A DNA stretch of 64,000 bases from Gemmiger formicilis (GTDB lineage Bacteria > Bacillota_I > Bacilli_A > RFN20 > CAG-826), in assembly GCA_963612735.1 (NCBI GenBank), contig CAVDWX010000010.1, forward strand, positions 10,387-74,386, written 5' to 3'. The notes beneath the pieces are model-generated. The model was not told the origin of the DNA and searched no databases. It saw only the letters and a program-made list of their open reading frames with translations. The position numbers were made by a program, and so were the translations under genes. Below, one piece after another: positions 8,509-19,564 of this stretch (its first letter is position 1; each line of letters opens with the position of its first letter).

Positions 8509-11295
8509 ATGGAAAACAAATATAAATGCATTCCCTTCTGGAGTTGGAATGATGAATTAGAAATTGATGAATTAGTCCGTCAAATAGAATGGATGCATGA
8601 TAATGGAGTGGGTGGTTTCTTCATGCACGCTAGAGGGGGATTAACTACTCCTTATTTAGGGGAAAAATGGTTCCAATGTGTTAATGCCTGTTTAAAAAAA
8701 GCTAAAGAATTAGATATGGAAGCTTATGCCTATGATGAAAATGGGTGGCCAAGTGGCTTTGTTGGTGGCAAATTATTAGAGGACCCTTCTAATTCTGATT
8801 ATGCTGTTAGTTTTAAATACGGCGAATATGACTCTCATGCTGTAGCTAGTTTTTTAGTGGATGAAAATAGTGTTAAGCGTGTTAGCGGTGGAAGCGATGT
8901 TTTAAATGTTTATTTAAATAGAAGTAAATCCACTGTTGATATCTTAAATCCTAAAGTCGTTGATCAATTTATTGCCTTAACTCATGAACAATATAAGAAA
9001 AATGATGAAGTGGGTAATTTAAGAGGATTTTTTACCGATGAGCCTCAATATTTTAGATGGGGTACCCCTTTTACTTATATGCTCGTTGATTATTTTAAAA
9101 AACATTATAACGAGGATGTATTCGATAGAATTGCATTGCTCTTTATAAATAAAGAAGGTTATAGAGATTATCGCTATAAATATTTTAAGGCTTTACAAGA
9201 TTTAATGCTTAATAACTATTCTAAAAAAATATATGAATGGTGTGATTCAAATAATTATAAATTCACCGGTCATTACGTCGAAGAAGTTTCTCTTGGTTAT
9301 CAAATCATGTGTTGTGGTGGCATCATGCCTTTTTATGAATATGAACATATTCCAGGAGTGGATCATTTAGGAAGATGGGTTAAAAGAAACGCCGTTGCAA
9401 AACAACTCGGTTCGGTTATGTCTCAACTCGATAAACGCCAAGGGTTATGCGAAATGTTTGCTTGTGTTGGTTGGGACGCTACTCCGCTTGAATTGAAAAA
9501 GATTGCTGACTTTTATATGGTGAATGGCGTTAACCTTATGTGTCAACATCTTTTACCTTATAGTGAACACGGACAACGTAAAAGAGATTATCCAGAACAT
9601 TATTCCATCATTAACCCCTGGGTGGAGAAAGCTTTTAAAACATTTAATGATCATTTTTCTAATATCGGAGAAAAAATAGCTAAGAGTAGAGATATATGTA
9701 ATGTTGGTTTATTCTCTCCGATTAGAACGGCTTATTTTGAATATCAAAGAGATCAGGAAGCCACTGGTTTTAATGTAAGTGAATTAGATAATGATTTTAT
9801 TATTGCAAATGAAATGTTCACTAATAATGGGATTAATTATCATTTATTAGATGAAGTAATTATGGCTAAACATGGTTATGTCGAAAAAGATGAACTCATC
9901 GTTGGCCAAGTTAGATATAAATACATTGTGATTCCAAAAGGGACTTTAACAATCGATGTTACGACGATGAAATTATTTAAAGAATTCGCTTCTAATGGTG
10001 GCAAATTCTTACTATTAGGCGATGTACCTTCCTATCTAGAAGGTCATGAATTTAATCATGATTATATTCATAACAACGTCACATTTGAACAAATTAAAAA
10101 AGACCAACCTTATACATCGACTTATTCTACAAATATTATGATGACGTATCGTCTTAATGATGACGGACAATATTTCTTCTTTTTGACCAATTGTGGCGAT
10201 AAAGAAGATGATGTTACTATTAATATTGATAATTTTGTTTCGTTTGAATGCGAGGGTCAAGTAATTTCTAATAAGATTCATCTTAATGTTGGTGAATCAA
10301 AAATCTTAATTTCTAGCAAAAAGAAAGCAAAACAAGCGCCAAATTTAGAAATTTTACATCTAGGTCATGAATTTGATGTTGTTAATGAACCTATGAATTA
10401 TATTACTCTTGACTATCTTTCTTATTCATTTGATAACCAAAATTATAGTGAAAAATTACATCATATGGGTGTCTTTGATCGGATTTTAAAGAGCCGTTAT
10501 CAAGGTAAACTTTATCTCAAATATGAATTCGATATTAAACATTTAACTAATAAATATGAAGCTTTAATTGAAGACTGTCATACTCTTTCCGTCCTTGTAA
10601 ATGGACATGAAGTCAATCGATTAGGTCATGTTCTTGAAAAGGATTTATGGAATTATGATATTGGTAAATATCTTTTAATTGGACATAACGAAATTGTTGT
10701 CCTAATTGATTTTATGGAAAAAGAAAATGTCTATTATGCTTTATTTGGTAAAGATGTTTTAGAATCCATTAAAAACTGCTTAGCTTACGATACCACTATT
10801 GAACCGATTTATATACGAGGTGATTTCGGAGTGTATGGTGATTTTAAAGATGGAGAATTTAATCAAGCTATTATTGGCAATAATTTTTATTTAGATAAAC
10901 AAACTTATCACATATCTTCGCTTATTAAAGATGGGTATCCATTTTTTAGAGGTGAAATAGCCTTAAGCACAAATATTAATGTCGATAGCATTAATAAATT
11001 ATTAGTGATTGATAAACGTTTTCATTTAATCGATTTATATATCAATGATGTGTTTGTTAAAAGAATGCTTTTTGATTATAAAGTAGATTTATCTAATTAT
11101 TTAAAAGTTGGAAACAATAAGATTGAGATTAGGCTTTCTATCAGCAATCGAAATTTACTTGGACCATTCCACGATCCTTTAGAAGAACCAATGTCAGTTG
11201 GTCCTTACAGTTTTGAACGATTTGGGACTTGGGATGAAAAGGGTAAATCCTGCCTTTGTTTAGATAGATATAGTTTTATAAAAACAATAATTTAA
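8509..11295 (+). CDS. Large cytoplasmic glycoside hydrolase (about 930 aa); the family is uncertain but the N-terminus is similar to that seen in GH106-like rhamnosidases.
   Basis: N-terminus CIPFWSWNDELEIDEL..GVGGFFMHARGGLTTPYLGEKWF; no signal peptide. The start was placed at ATG 8509 just after the msmK stop rather than at the upstream alternative start 8470. Confidence 0.75.
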   Translation: MENKYKCIPFWSWNDELEIDELVRQIEWMHDNGVGGFFMHARGGLTTPYLGEKWFQCVNACLKKAKELDMEAYAYDENGWPSGFVGGKLLEDPSNSDYAVSFKYGEYDSHAVASFLVDENSVKRVSGGSDVLNVYLNRSKSTVDILNPKVVDQFIALTHEQYKKNDEVGNLRGFFTDEPQYFRWGTPFTYMLVDYFKKHYNEDVFDRIALLFINKEGYRDYRYKYFKALQDLMLNNYSKKIYEWCDSNNYKFTGHYVEEVSLGYQIMCCGGIMPFYEYEHIPGVDHLGRWVKRNAVAKQLGSVMSQLDKRQGLCEMFACVGWDATPLELKKIADFYMVNGVNLMCQHLLPYSEHGQRKRDYPEHYSIINPWVEKAFKTFNDHFSNIGEKIAKSRDICNVGLFSPIRTAYFEYQRDQEATGFNVSELDNDFIIANEMFTNNGINYHLLDEVIMAKHGYVEKDELIVGQVRYKYIVIPKGTLTIDVTTMKLFKEFASNGGKFLLLGDVPSYLEGHEFNHDYIHNNVTFEQIKKDQPYTSTYSTNIMMTYRLNDDGQYFFFLTNCGDKEDDVTINIDNFVSFECEGQVISNKIHLNVGESKILISSKKKAKQAPNLEILHLGHEFDVVNEPMNYITLDYLSYSFDNQNYSEKLHHMGVFDRILKSRYQGKLYLKYEFDIKHLTNKYEALIEDCHTLSVLVNGHEVNRLGHVLEKDLWNYDIGKYLLIGHNEIVVLIDFMEKENVYYALFGKDVLESIKNCLAYDTTIEPIYIRGDFGVYGDFKDGEFNQAIIGNNFYLDKQTYHISSLIKDGYPFFRGEIALSTNINVDSINKLLVIDKRFHLIDLYINDVFVKRMLFDYKVDLSNYLKVGNNKIEIRLSISNRNLLGPFHDPLEEPMSVGPYSFERFGTWDEKGKSCLCLDRYSFIKTII

Positions 11296-11319
11296 TAATA
11301 GTTATATGAGGATTTAAAT

Positions 11320-13281
11320 ATGGGAAAAAGAGAACGCTATTTTGGACTACATTTTGATTATCACGCTAATGAGAATACATTGAATATTGGTAAAAATTTT
11401 GATGCTAGCATACTTGAAACAATCATTAAAGAAGTTAAACCTGATTTCATTCAATGCGATACCAAGGGTCATCCTGGTTTGACTTCATATTGCACTAAGG
11501 TTGGTTTTCCTGCGCCTGGGATAGTGAAAGATTTATTAAGACAGTGGAGAGACGTTACTAAAAAATATAATATTCCTCTTTATGCCCATTATTCTGGAAT
11601 TTGGGATAAAAAAGCCACTAGTGTACATCCTGATTGGGCTGAAGCGTTTGAAGATGGTTCTTTAACTGATAGAATTAGTGTTTTTTCTAATTACAGTGAT
11701 GAATTAATGTTACCTGAATTAAAAGAACTAATTTTAGATTATCAAATGGATGGAGCATGGGTTGATGGTGATTGTTGGGCACTTGTAGTGGATTATTCTC
11801 ATGCCGCAAAAAAAGCTTATAAAGAAAAATATCATAAAGACGCTCCTAAAGTTAATAAAGAAGGATATCGAGAATATCTTAATTTTCTTAAACAAGGATT
11901 TTTCGATTATGTTAAAAAATATGTCGATTACGCTCATTCGCTAAATAAAGACTTCATGATTACTAGCAATTGGCTTAATACCGGATGGGTACCTGATGAT
12001 ATCAATATAACTGATTATATTTCCGGAGATTTATCACCCACTAATAGTGTTGACAGTGCTCGATTTGGTGGAAGGCTAATGGCTATGTCTAATCGAAACT
12101 GGGATATGATGAGTTGGGGTATTTCTTTTCCTGTTCACCATAGTAAAAGTACTGTCCAATTAAAGCAAGAAGCGGCTTGTACATTAGCCATTGGCGGTGG
12201 CTTTCAAATCTACAACATGCAAGATCCTACTAGTGTGGTAGTGGAGCCTAAAGCTATTGCCACTTGGGCGGAAGTTTCTCAGTTTGTTCATGATAGAAAA
12301 GAATATTGCTTCGGAGGAGATTTCATTCCAGATTTAGGTTTATTATATTCCGTTTCTTCTTATTATAAGAGCATTGATACTGTCTTTAATAGAGAATGTC
12401 CTTTTAACGAAGAATTTAATGGCACATTACTCGCTTTATTAGATCAATCAGCTTCCGTTAATGTCGTTAGTGAAGAAAAATTAAGCAAAGAAATATTAAC
12501 TAAATATCCTCGTTTTGCGGTGGGAAATGTTTTAAGTTTGCCTAACAATATTATTGAAATGCTTTTAGAATACGCCTCAAATGGTGGAATTTTAATTCTT
12601 CTAGGTGCTGACACGATGAATGTATTTGAACCATATCTCCACTTAGATATCGAATTACATAAAGATAATCACCCCATCTATTTTTTAAAGGGCGAAAGAT
12701 CCTTTTTAGAAAATAGAGATTCCTATGCTTTTATTAAAAATAAGGAAATTGACACCATTGTTCCTTTATATGAAGGAATTGTGGAAGGAGATTTAGGATG
12801 CACTAATCCGCCTCCAACTATTCTACATGGAGACAAAGAATATCCTGGTTTAGCTAAAATTAAATATGGAAATGGTTCTATTTTACTTGCTCCAATGAAT
12901 TTAGGGCGACTTTATTTAAATGAAAGAACGCTTGAAGAAGAAGATTTCTTTTCTAAATTAGTTTTATCTACTGAAAGACAACTAATTATGCATAATCACC
13001 CGACAGAATTAGATGTCGTATATCGTAAGAAAGATGAAAGAACTTATCTACATCTCATCAATTTATTAGGTTCACATCGAGTTAATACCATATCTACTTT
13101 TAAATCTATTCCTCCAGTGAGCAATGTCGATATAAAGATTAAATCAGCTATTAAACCAAGCGCTATTTATTCTCGTCCTGATCATAAATTAATAGCTTTT
13201 TGTTATGATGAAAAGCAAAAAGAAATACTAATCCATTTACCTTTCATTGAATTATATGAAATTTTAGAATTAGTATTTTAA
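11320..13281 (+). CDS. Putative glycoside hydrolase (653 aa, TIM-barrel-like); family unresolved, possibly fucosidase-related.
   Basis: RBS GAGGA; cytoplasmic; N-terminus GLHFDYHAN..DFIQCDTKGHPG; located in the glycan locus adjacent to fucI. Confidence 0.7.
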   Translation: MGKRERYFGLHFDYHANENTLNIGKNFDASILETIIKEVKPDFIQCDTKGHPGLTSYCTKVGFPAPGIVKDLLRQWRDVTKKYNIPLYAHYSGIWDKKATSVHPDWAEAFEDGSLTDRISVFSNYSDELMLPELKELILDYQMDGAWVDGDCWALVVDYSHAAKKAYKEKYHKDAPKVNKEGYREYLNFLKQGFFDYVKKYVDYAHSLNKDFMITSNWLNTGWVPDDINITDYISGDLSPTNSVDSARFGGRLMAMSNRNWDMMSWGISFPVHHSKSTVQLKQEAACTLAIGGGFQIYNMQDPTSVVVEPKAIATWAEVSQFVHDRKEYCFGGDFIPDLGLLYSVSSYYKSIDTVFNRECPFNEEFNGTLLALLDQSASVNVVSEEKLSKEILTKYPRFAVGNVLSLPNNIIEMLLEYASNGGILILLGADTMNVFEPYLHLDIELHKDNHPIYFLKGERSFLENRDSYAFIKNKEIDTIVPLYEGIVEGDLGCTNPPPTILHGDKEYPGLAKIKYGNGSILLAPMNLGRLYLNERTLEEEDFFSKLVLSTERQLIMHNHPTELDVVYRKKDERTYLHLINLLGSHRVNTISTFKSIPPVSNVDIKIKSAIKPSAIYSRPDHKLIAFCYDEKQKEILIHLPFIELYEILELVF

Positions 13282-13287
13282 TTTTAT

Positions 13288-15090
13288 TTATTTTCTAATG
13301 TTTTTATACATTGGACCGTAAGCTTCGCAAGCTCGATAATCCGCACCTTCTAAGTCTGAACCAAATAAGGCCCATGAAGAAGGACGATATATATCTTTTT
13401 CATCGACGTTATGCATTGAAACTGGAATTCTTAATATCGAGGCAAGTGTAATTAAGTCCGCTCCGATATGACCGTACGTAATAGCGCCGTGATTTGCTCC
13501 CCAATGATTCATTACTTCATATGCACTGGTGAATGGTCCTTTTCCATTTAAACGAGGCGTAAACCAAGTACACGGCCAAGTATAGTCAGTTCGTTTCCAT
13601 AATTTTTCTGATACTTCATCGGGAAGATTAACACTATATCCTTCGACAATTTGTAAGACTGGTCCTAATCCTTTTACTAGATTTAATCTAATCATAGTCA
13701 TAGGCATTTCAGCGCGTGTAAGATATCTAGATGAAAATCCTCCGCCTCTAAAATAACCTAAATCAGCATATGGCCATGTCGTTGCATCCATACATTTTTT
13801 AATATCTTTATCATTCATTTCCCACCATGGTTTCATGACATGGTTTCCATCTTTATCAGTGACTTCTCCACAGGCATCTAAGCACTGTGCACCAGAGTTG
13901 ATTAGATGTAAAAATCCATCAGCTTCTTTAGCATGGCCTTCTATATCGTAACCTGTAACACGTTTAACACTAGATCCGCTCCAATATGTACGGACATCAG
14001 CGAAGATGGCAGCTCTTCCATTTAATAATCTTTCAAATAGCATTCCTAATCCATTTAGCGTGTCGTTTTCAGTTGCTAAAGTATAAGGTTCTCTAGCTCC
14101 ATTCCAATCAAATGAAGAATTTAATAGTGATTCAGGGAAATCGCAATTAGGGTAAAAATCTGTCCATTGTCTTTGACCTTGGAAACCACCTACGATAGCG
14201 TTATGTCCTAAAGCTTCTTCTTCACATCCGACTGGTAAATTATTATTGCCATTAAATAAATCTTTAATAATACAACACATCTTAATTGTAAATTCCCAGT
14301 CTTTTTCTTTTTGCTCTTTACTTCTTTGAAGTTCAGATGGATTCTTATCAATGCCTTCTTTACAATTTTCTTTAGCCCATTTTAAAGCTTTTTGATATTC
14401 TTTTTCATCGTATATACCAAGTGTCATACGTCTAATAATTTCGACTTCATCAACACTTTCTACTCTCATTCCAAGATATTCTTCAATAAAATCATGACTA
14501 ATAATAGAGCCACCTATTCCCATGCAACTAGAGCCAATCTGTAAATAGCTTTTACCTCTTAAGGTAGCGGCAGCAATTGCGGCTCTTCCAAAACGCAATA
14601 TCTTAGTTTTGACATCTTCCGGAATGGATTTATCATCTTTATCTTGAACTTCATGGCCGTATATCCCAAAAGCTGGCAAACCTTTTTGTGCATGAGTGGC
14701 TAATACCGAAGCTAAATATACGGCACCTGGACGTTCTGTGCCATTAAATCCCCATACTGCTTTAATAGTTAAGGGATCCATATCCATAGTTTCTGCCCCG
14801 TAACACCAACATGGAGTAACAGTTAAGGTGATATCAACACCCTCTTTTTTAAAATAATCAGCGCATCGAGCGGCTTCTGGAACTCTTCCAATTGTACTTG
14901 GAGCAATGACAACTTTAACAGGTTCTCCGTTGCTATATCTTAAATTATCTTCTAATAATTTTTTTGCCGCTAAGGCCATACCCATAGTTTGTTCTTCTAA
15001 TGATTCACGAACTTTTAATGGGCCTCTTCTTCCATCAATGGTGGGTCTAATTCCAATAACAGGATAAGAATTAACAAAACGACTTTTCAT
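13288..15090 (-). CDS. fucI: L-fucose isomerase
   Basis: Strong similarity to E. coli FucI over the whole length ([26 protein letters not shown]..., [17 protein letters not shown]); 600 aa versus 591 aa for FucI. Confidence 0.92.
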   Translation of the reverse strand: MKSRFVNSYPVIGIRPTIDGRRGPLKVRESLEEQTMGMALAAKKLLEDNLRYSNGEPVKVVIAPSTIGRVPEAARCADYFKKEGVDITLTVTPCWCYGAETMDMDPLTIKAVWGFNGTERPGAVYLASVLATHAQKGLPAFGIYGHEVQDKDDKSIPEDVKTKILRFGRAAIAAATLRGKSYLQIGSSCMGIGGSIISHDFIEEYLGMRVESVDEVEIIRRMTLGIYDEKEYQKALKWAKENCKEGIDKNPSELQRSKEQKEKDWEFTIKMCCIIKDLFNGNNNLPVGCEEEALGHNAIVGGFQGQRQWTDFYPNCDFPESLLNSSFDWNGAREPYTLATENDTLNGLGMLFERLLNGRAAIFADVRTYWSGSSVKRVTGYDIEGHAKEADGFLHLINSGAQCLDACGEVTDKDGNHVMKPWWEMNDKDIKKCMDATTWPYADLGYFRGGGFSSRYLTRAEMPMTMIRLNLVKGLGPVLQIVEGYSVNLPDEVSEKLWKRTDYTWPCTWFTPRLNGKGPFTSAYEVMNHWGANHGAITYGHIGADLITLASILRIPVSMHNVDEKDIYRPSSWALFGSDLEGADYRACEAYGPMYKNIRK

Positions 15091-15202
15091 TTTCTTTTTA
15101 CCTCTATTTGTTTAACCAAATATTAGCACATGCAAGTTATAAAAATAAAAAGATAGTAATTAGATAGTAATTTTTTATAAGTTTATATTTAGATTTTTAA
15201 AG

Positions 15203-16669
15203 TTAATCTAACTTGTCTTTATTTTCAAGTAAGAATGATATTGGTCCAACACTCCATCCATGGCATAAAGAATGTCTAAATCCTTTATAACAAAACTTAC
15301 CAAAATCGCCATGTATATCGAGCTGATTTTCTTTAACAAATTCATCGATTTGGCATGAATTAGTGATCCATTCTAAATCAAAATCTTCCCAAAATGTGGT
15401 TGCCCCTTTGTCTAACATGGCTCCGTAATATTCTTTCATCATCGTTATCGCCATATTGAAATCATAATTACTAACCGCTTTTAAAATATAATAAGACATG
15501 AAAGTAGACATACCTTTGGCTCCATCTTTAATGAGTAGTTCATAAGATTCTTTATCTTTATTAACTAGTTGGTAGAAGGCTAATAACTGTTTTTTATGCG
15601 GTAATGACATCTTTTTCTTTGAAAGCGATACTAACATTCTTTGGATAACAGAAGTATCTAAATTGAGTTCTTCAAACATTTTATTTATTAATGGAAGAAT
15701 GTATTTCAGTAGATTGATATGAGCATTAATTCTATCCACTAGTGGTTCATCAAGCGTTGGCCAATCAATAAAATAGAAATCTGAAGGGCATTCTTTTACT
15801 TTTTCAAAGTTTAAATTTCCATCCTCATCAATTGCTTCATTTAACTCATTTATAATTCCTTTTATATAATTAAGATGTCTTTTTGCAAAAGCTTTATTTT
15901 TCTTATAAGAATAAACATCATAAATGATTAATAAATACCAAATTGAATAACTTGGAATATCATTAAGCCAAGAAGGTAATGGATAAGATAATTCAGCGGT
16001 ATTAATGCTTTGTTCAATTTGTTTGATGTTACCATATAAATGTAATATTGCATGAACTTCTGGTTCCATATCTCCAATCCATACCAGACGATCCCTTTTT
16101 ATTCCATCCCATATGCGATTTCCTATGTTTAAATCGATAGTTCTTTTACAAACATCGTATATTTTTTTAATGAGATTATCGCTAGTTTTTATATTATCTT
16201 TAACTTTTAAATCAAGATACCACTCCTTAGCATATATTGATTTAATTTTTAATGGTAATTCACTTTTATTATCAATTCGAACAAATCTAAATCCCGTGTC
16301 TCCAAATGTTTGATCGCTCATTGAGGGCAAATATGTAATAAAATCTCTAAGCGCATGGTCGTTACTTGCACCCTTTTCATTGAGCTCTGCGCACGTTTCG
16401 TTTAATGATTCTCCAAATCTAAAACGAACTAGATATTGATCTTGAGCGGACTTACTATAGCTAGTTAATATTCTAATCCCGCCTATCAATTCTTCGTTAA
16501 AATCGAGGATAATAAAACCATCTTTTTCAATCGTTGTAACATCCAACTCTTTAATTGAAATTTGTAGATCTTTTTCTTTTAAAAGACTTTCACTATTAAA
16601 AACATTATCAGAATGACTAATGATTTTAGTTGGCACTTTGTAGCGAATTTTCCTATTTTCTTTAATCAT
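15203..16669 (-). CDS. Six-hairpin glycosidase, alpha-L-rhamnosidase (GH78 catalytic domain)-like, minimal 488-aa form.
   Basis: KRDRLVWIGDMEPE resembles the GH78 ERLGWTGD motif; C-terminal CHGWSVGP; cytoplasmic. Confidence 0.65.
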   Translation of the reverse strand: MIKENRKIRYKVPTKIISHSDNVFNSESLLKEKDLQISIKELDVTTIEKDGFIILDFNEELIGGIRILTSYSKSAQDQYLVRFRFGESLNETCAELNEKGASNDHALRDFITYLPSMSDQTFGDTGFRFVRIDNKSELPLKIKSIYAKEWYLDLKVKDNIKTSDNLIKKIYDVCKRTIDLNIGNRIWDGIKRDRLVWIGDMEPEVHAILHLYGNIKQIEQSINTAELSYPLPSWLNDIPSYSIWYLLIIYDVYSYKKNKAFAKRHLNYIKGIINELNEAIDEDGNLNFEKVKECPSDFYFIDWPTLDEPLVDRINAHINLLKYILPLINKMFEELNLDTSVIQRMLVSLSKKKMSLPHKKQLLAFYQLVNKDKESYELLIKDGAKGMSTFMSYYILKAVSNYDFNMAITMMKEYYGAMLDKGATTFWEDFDLEWITNSCQIDEFVKENQLDIHGDFGKFCYKGFRHSLCHGWSVGPISFLLENKDKLD

Positions 16670-16710
16670 AAATGGTTCCTATTTATAAGAATTAAAATTA
16701 TGTAATGCTC

Positions 16711-18318
16711 TTAGAAATTATTATAAGTCATCAACCAATCAAAATTATTGTTTAAATAACAATCTTCTGTGGGATCTGGAATATAATTGGCTTTGAGCGT
16801 TTTTTCTTTATATTCTCCAATTTCAACATCATTCTTAATATAGTCTAATAATCTTTCTTTAAGGTATTTAATTCTTGAAAGAAGATAACTATGGTGAAGT
16901 AAAGATATTTCATAACCGTAAGCTTGATATTCATTCAAGAAATATTGTTCAAATGATTTATTGAATACTTCAATAGCTTTAATAAGTTTATCGATGTTGT
17001 TTTTAATATAATTTTCTAAAGCAATTTTGTCTTTTTTATAATAAGCGTTTCTTATATCTTCACTAAGATGAATTTTAAGTGATAATACTTTGGCAAAGTT
17101 AGCTATCATTTCAAAATAATAACTAAAATTAATATCGTTATATTTTTTAGCCAAACGATGATATTTAGCCCCTAATAGGTGGTATTTATGATTGACCTCT
17201 CTACTAGCGTATAAATCATAATTCCCGAGCATCATATCGCTAAAAAAGGCGATATAAGAGGTGTTGTTATAATATTTAGTTCGATCGTGTTTATAAGGAT
17301 TATTTAATAAATCTAGACTCAATAAATCATCATATTCAACACCAACGATTTGATAAAATTTTTCTTTGTTTATTTTATTGTTGTTCGTAATTTTATTTTG
17401 ATTACATTCGCTCGCGATAAATAATGACGGCAATACACTATATATGGAACAAGGTATAGCAAAATCTCCCCATAGAGTTACCATATATTTATCGATATTA
17501 TTGTGACTACATACTTCTAATTGTTTAATTAATCTAGGTATGGAATAAGTATTGCTAGCAACATAACTAATGTGTTTCCAAGCACAACCCGCAAAACCAA
17601 TTTCTGAAGCATGATTTTGCATATCTTTTATTTTTTTATTTAAGGTGGTCGAATCGACACTATCGTAATCCCAAAGCCAAACTAAAGTATGTTCTGGAAT
17701 TTCTTTTTTAATGTCTTCAATTGATATGGATGTACATTTATCATCCGTTAACATATCACCCCATATTTCTATTTTGAAATTATATTTATGAGCAATTTTA
17801 ACGACTTCTTTTAAATATTCTAAAAGCAAAACTTTTTTATCTTTTAATCCATATTTATTAAGATATTCTCCCATGCCTAAGCCGAACGTTTCATCCATAC
17901 CTATATGAATAGTTCTTCCTTTAAAAGAGGATGATATGCTTTTAAACATAGCGTCGACAAATTTATATGATAATGGATTACCAACTTCTAGAATAGATCT
18001 TGTGTCCATAAATTCACGAAATGATTGATGTCTCCATATGAATTGTAAATGGCCTAATACTTGAATTGCAGGAATGACTTTGACTCCTTTTTTATTAGCG
18101 TATTCTTCAATATCTAGTAGCTCTTCTTTTGAATAACTACCGCGATGGTAATTAAAATATGGATATTCTTCAATTTTATAAGCATCAGTCAATCCAAAAT
18201 AAAATTCTTGATAACCAAAAGCACTGATGTAATCGATAAATGTTTTGATTTGAGAAACTTTAGGAGCGTTACCTGAAGCGCATTCAAGATAGCAAGATAA
18301 AGCCATAACTTTATTCAT
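16711..18318 (-). CDS. GH20-family beta-N-acetylhexosaminidase-like protein.
   Basis: KVIPAIQVLGHLQ and TIHIGMDE correspond to the GH20 VIPEID.PGH and HIGGDE catalytic motifs (D-E pair retained); cytoplasmic. Confidence 0.7.
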   Translation of the reverse strand: MNKVMALSCYLECASGNAPKVSQIKTFIDYISAFGYQEFYFGLTDAYKIEEYPYFNYHRGSYSKEELLDIEEYANKKGVKVIPAIQVLGHLQFIWRHQSFREFMDTRSILEVGNPLSYKFVDAMFKSISSSFKGRTIHIGMDETFGLGMGEYLNKYGLKDKKVLLLEYLKEVVKIAHKYNFKIEIWGDMLTDDKCTSISIEDIKKEIPEHTLVWLWDYDSVDSTTLNKKIKDMQNHASEIGFAGCAWKHISYVASNTYSIPRLIKQLEVCSHNNIDKYMVTLWGDFAIPCSIYSVLPSLFIASECNQNKITNNNKINKEKFYQIVGVEYDDLLSLDLLNNPYKHDRTKYYNNTSYIAFFSDMMLGNYDLYASREVNHKYHLLGAKYHRLAKKYNDINFSYYFEMIANFAKVLSLKIHLSEDIRNAYYKKDKIALENYIKNNIDKLIKAIEVFNKSFEQYFLNEYQAYGYEISLLHHSYLLSRIKYLKERLLDYIKNDVEIGEYKEKTLKANYIPDPTEDCYLNNNFDWLMTYNNF

Positions 18319-18322
18319 AAAA

Positions 18323-19345
18323 TTAATGTCCTTCCATTACGTATTCTAATAGTTGAGAAAATTTAGCGGTGGCTAAACCGATATGTTTATCAGCACATCC
18401 GTAATAGATGTAAAGAATATCATCTTTAACAACAGTTCCAGTTGGAAATACACATCCATCATATATGCCTTCTAATTCAAAAGGAGCATCTGGTTCCATT
18501 ATCCATTTATTGGTTTTAGCAACAATCTTTGTTGGATCATTTAAATCTAAAATACATGCACCGACTCGATAGATTCCTTTTTCATCAACGCCGTGAAATA
18601 AAAAGAACCAGCCATATTTAGTTTTTATGGGTGGAGTACCCGCACCTATACGTTGAACTTGCCAATCGTTTTCACCAGTAAAGAGTAATTTCGGTTTCTC
18701 AAAATTTAATAAATCAGTTCCGCTAGTAATCCAAATGCTTGGCATTTTAACATTAGGAGCGTCATTAAATTTAGGGCGAGTAATCATATAATATTTTCCA
18801 TTTATTTTTTCTGGAAATAATAAAACATCTCGATCATCGATATCGCTTTCTGTTAATCGACCTAATCTTTGATAATTAATAAAATCCTTTGTGGCCGCTA
18901 AATAGGTGATAGTGATGTTACTTTTAGCAAATTCTGGTAAATCTAATGTATGAACATCATCTTTTGTTATATAAATAGGTGGAAAAGGCCATTCTGGAAG
19001 CCAATAGGGTCCTGGAGCGTAGCATCTTGCTGCATAAGTCATAAAATAAGTGTCGCCTATTTTAACTAGCCGAGGGTCTTCAACGCATCCTCCATCAGGC
19101 GTTCCTTTAATTGGAGCAAAAACAGGATTATGTTCATATCGTTTAAAATTGATACCATCCTTACTAGTGGCTAAACATAGTCTAATAACATGCGCATCAT
19201 CATTACCAGCAGCGCGATATATCATGATAAATTCTTTTCTTTCTTCATCATATATAACAGCTGGATTTAAAACACATTTTGCTTCAAATTCATTATCCAC
19301 TAAAGGAGATAAAATCGGATTATTTTCATATTTATTAATTAACAT
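18323..19345 (-). CDS. GH130 family glycoside phosphorylase (beta-1,4-mannosyl-GlcNAc / mannoside phosphorylase-like).
   Basis: Typical GH130 N-terminus NNPILSPLVDNEFEAKCVLNPAVIYDEERKEFIMIYRAAG and five-bladed propeller signature; 340 aa. Confidence 0.82.
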   Translation of the reverse strand: MLINKYENNPILSPLVDNEFEAKCVLNPAVIYDEERKEFIMIYRAAGNDDAHVIRLCLATSKDGINFKRYEHNPVFAPIKGTPDGGCVEDPRLVKIGDTYFMTYAARCYAPGPYWLPEWPFPPIYITKDDVHTLDLPEFAKSNITITYLAATKDFINYQRLGRLTESDIDDRDVLLFPEKINGKYYMITRPKFNDAPNVKMPSIWITSGTDLLNFEKPKLLFTGENDWQVQRIGAGTPPIKTKYGWFFLFHGVDEKGIYRVGACILDLNDPTKIVAKTNKWIMEPDAPFELEGIYDGCVFPTGTVVKDDILYIYYGCADKHIGLATAKFSQLLEYVMEGH

Positions 19346-19387
19346 AAGTAATCCCTTTCTTTTATAAATATTATAATTTCAATTTTG

Positions 19388-19419
19388 ATTATAGCATTCA
19401 TATTATTCATATGAATAAA
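19388..19419 (-). promoter_or_regulatory. Putative sigma-A promoter for the minus-strand GH130-GH20-GH78-like-fucI operon, overlapped by a 10-bp perfect palindrome TTCATATGAA (a candidate operator).
   Basis: On the minus strand TGCTATAAT (extended -10) lies about 45 nt upstream of the GH130 ATG; the TTCATATGAA palindrome plus an ATTCATAT direct repeat overlap the -35 region. Confidence 0.45.
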
Positions 19420-19564
19420 ATAGTTACCTTGGTAAAAAATAATCTAGAATTATTAATATTTTTTCTAACTTAGTGAAAATAATATGATTCTAAATATTTA
19501 ATTCTCCTGGGTTAGTTTAGCAAGCGATAAATCATGTTTCTAATAAATCGTCAATAGGCTATTT

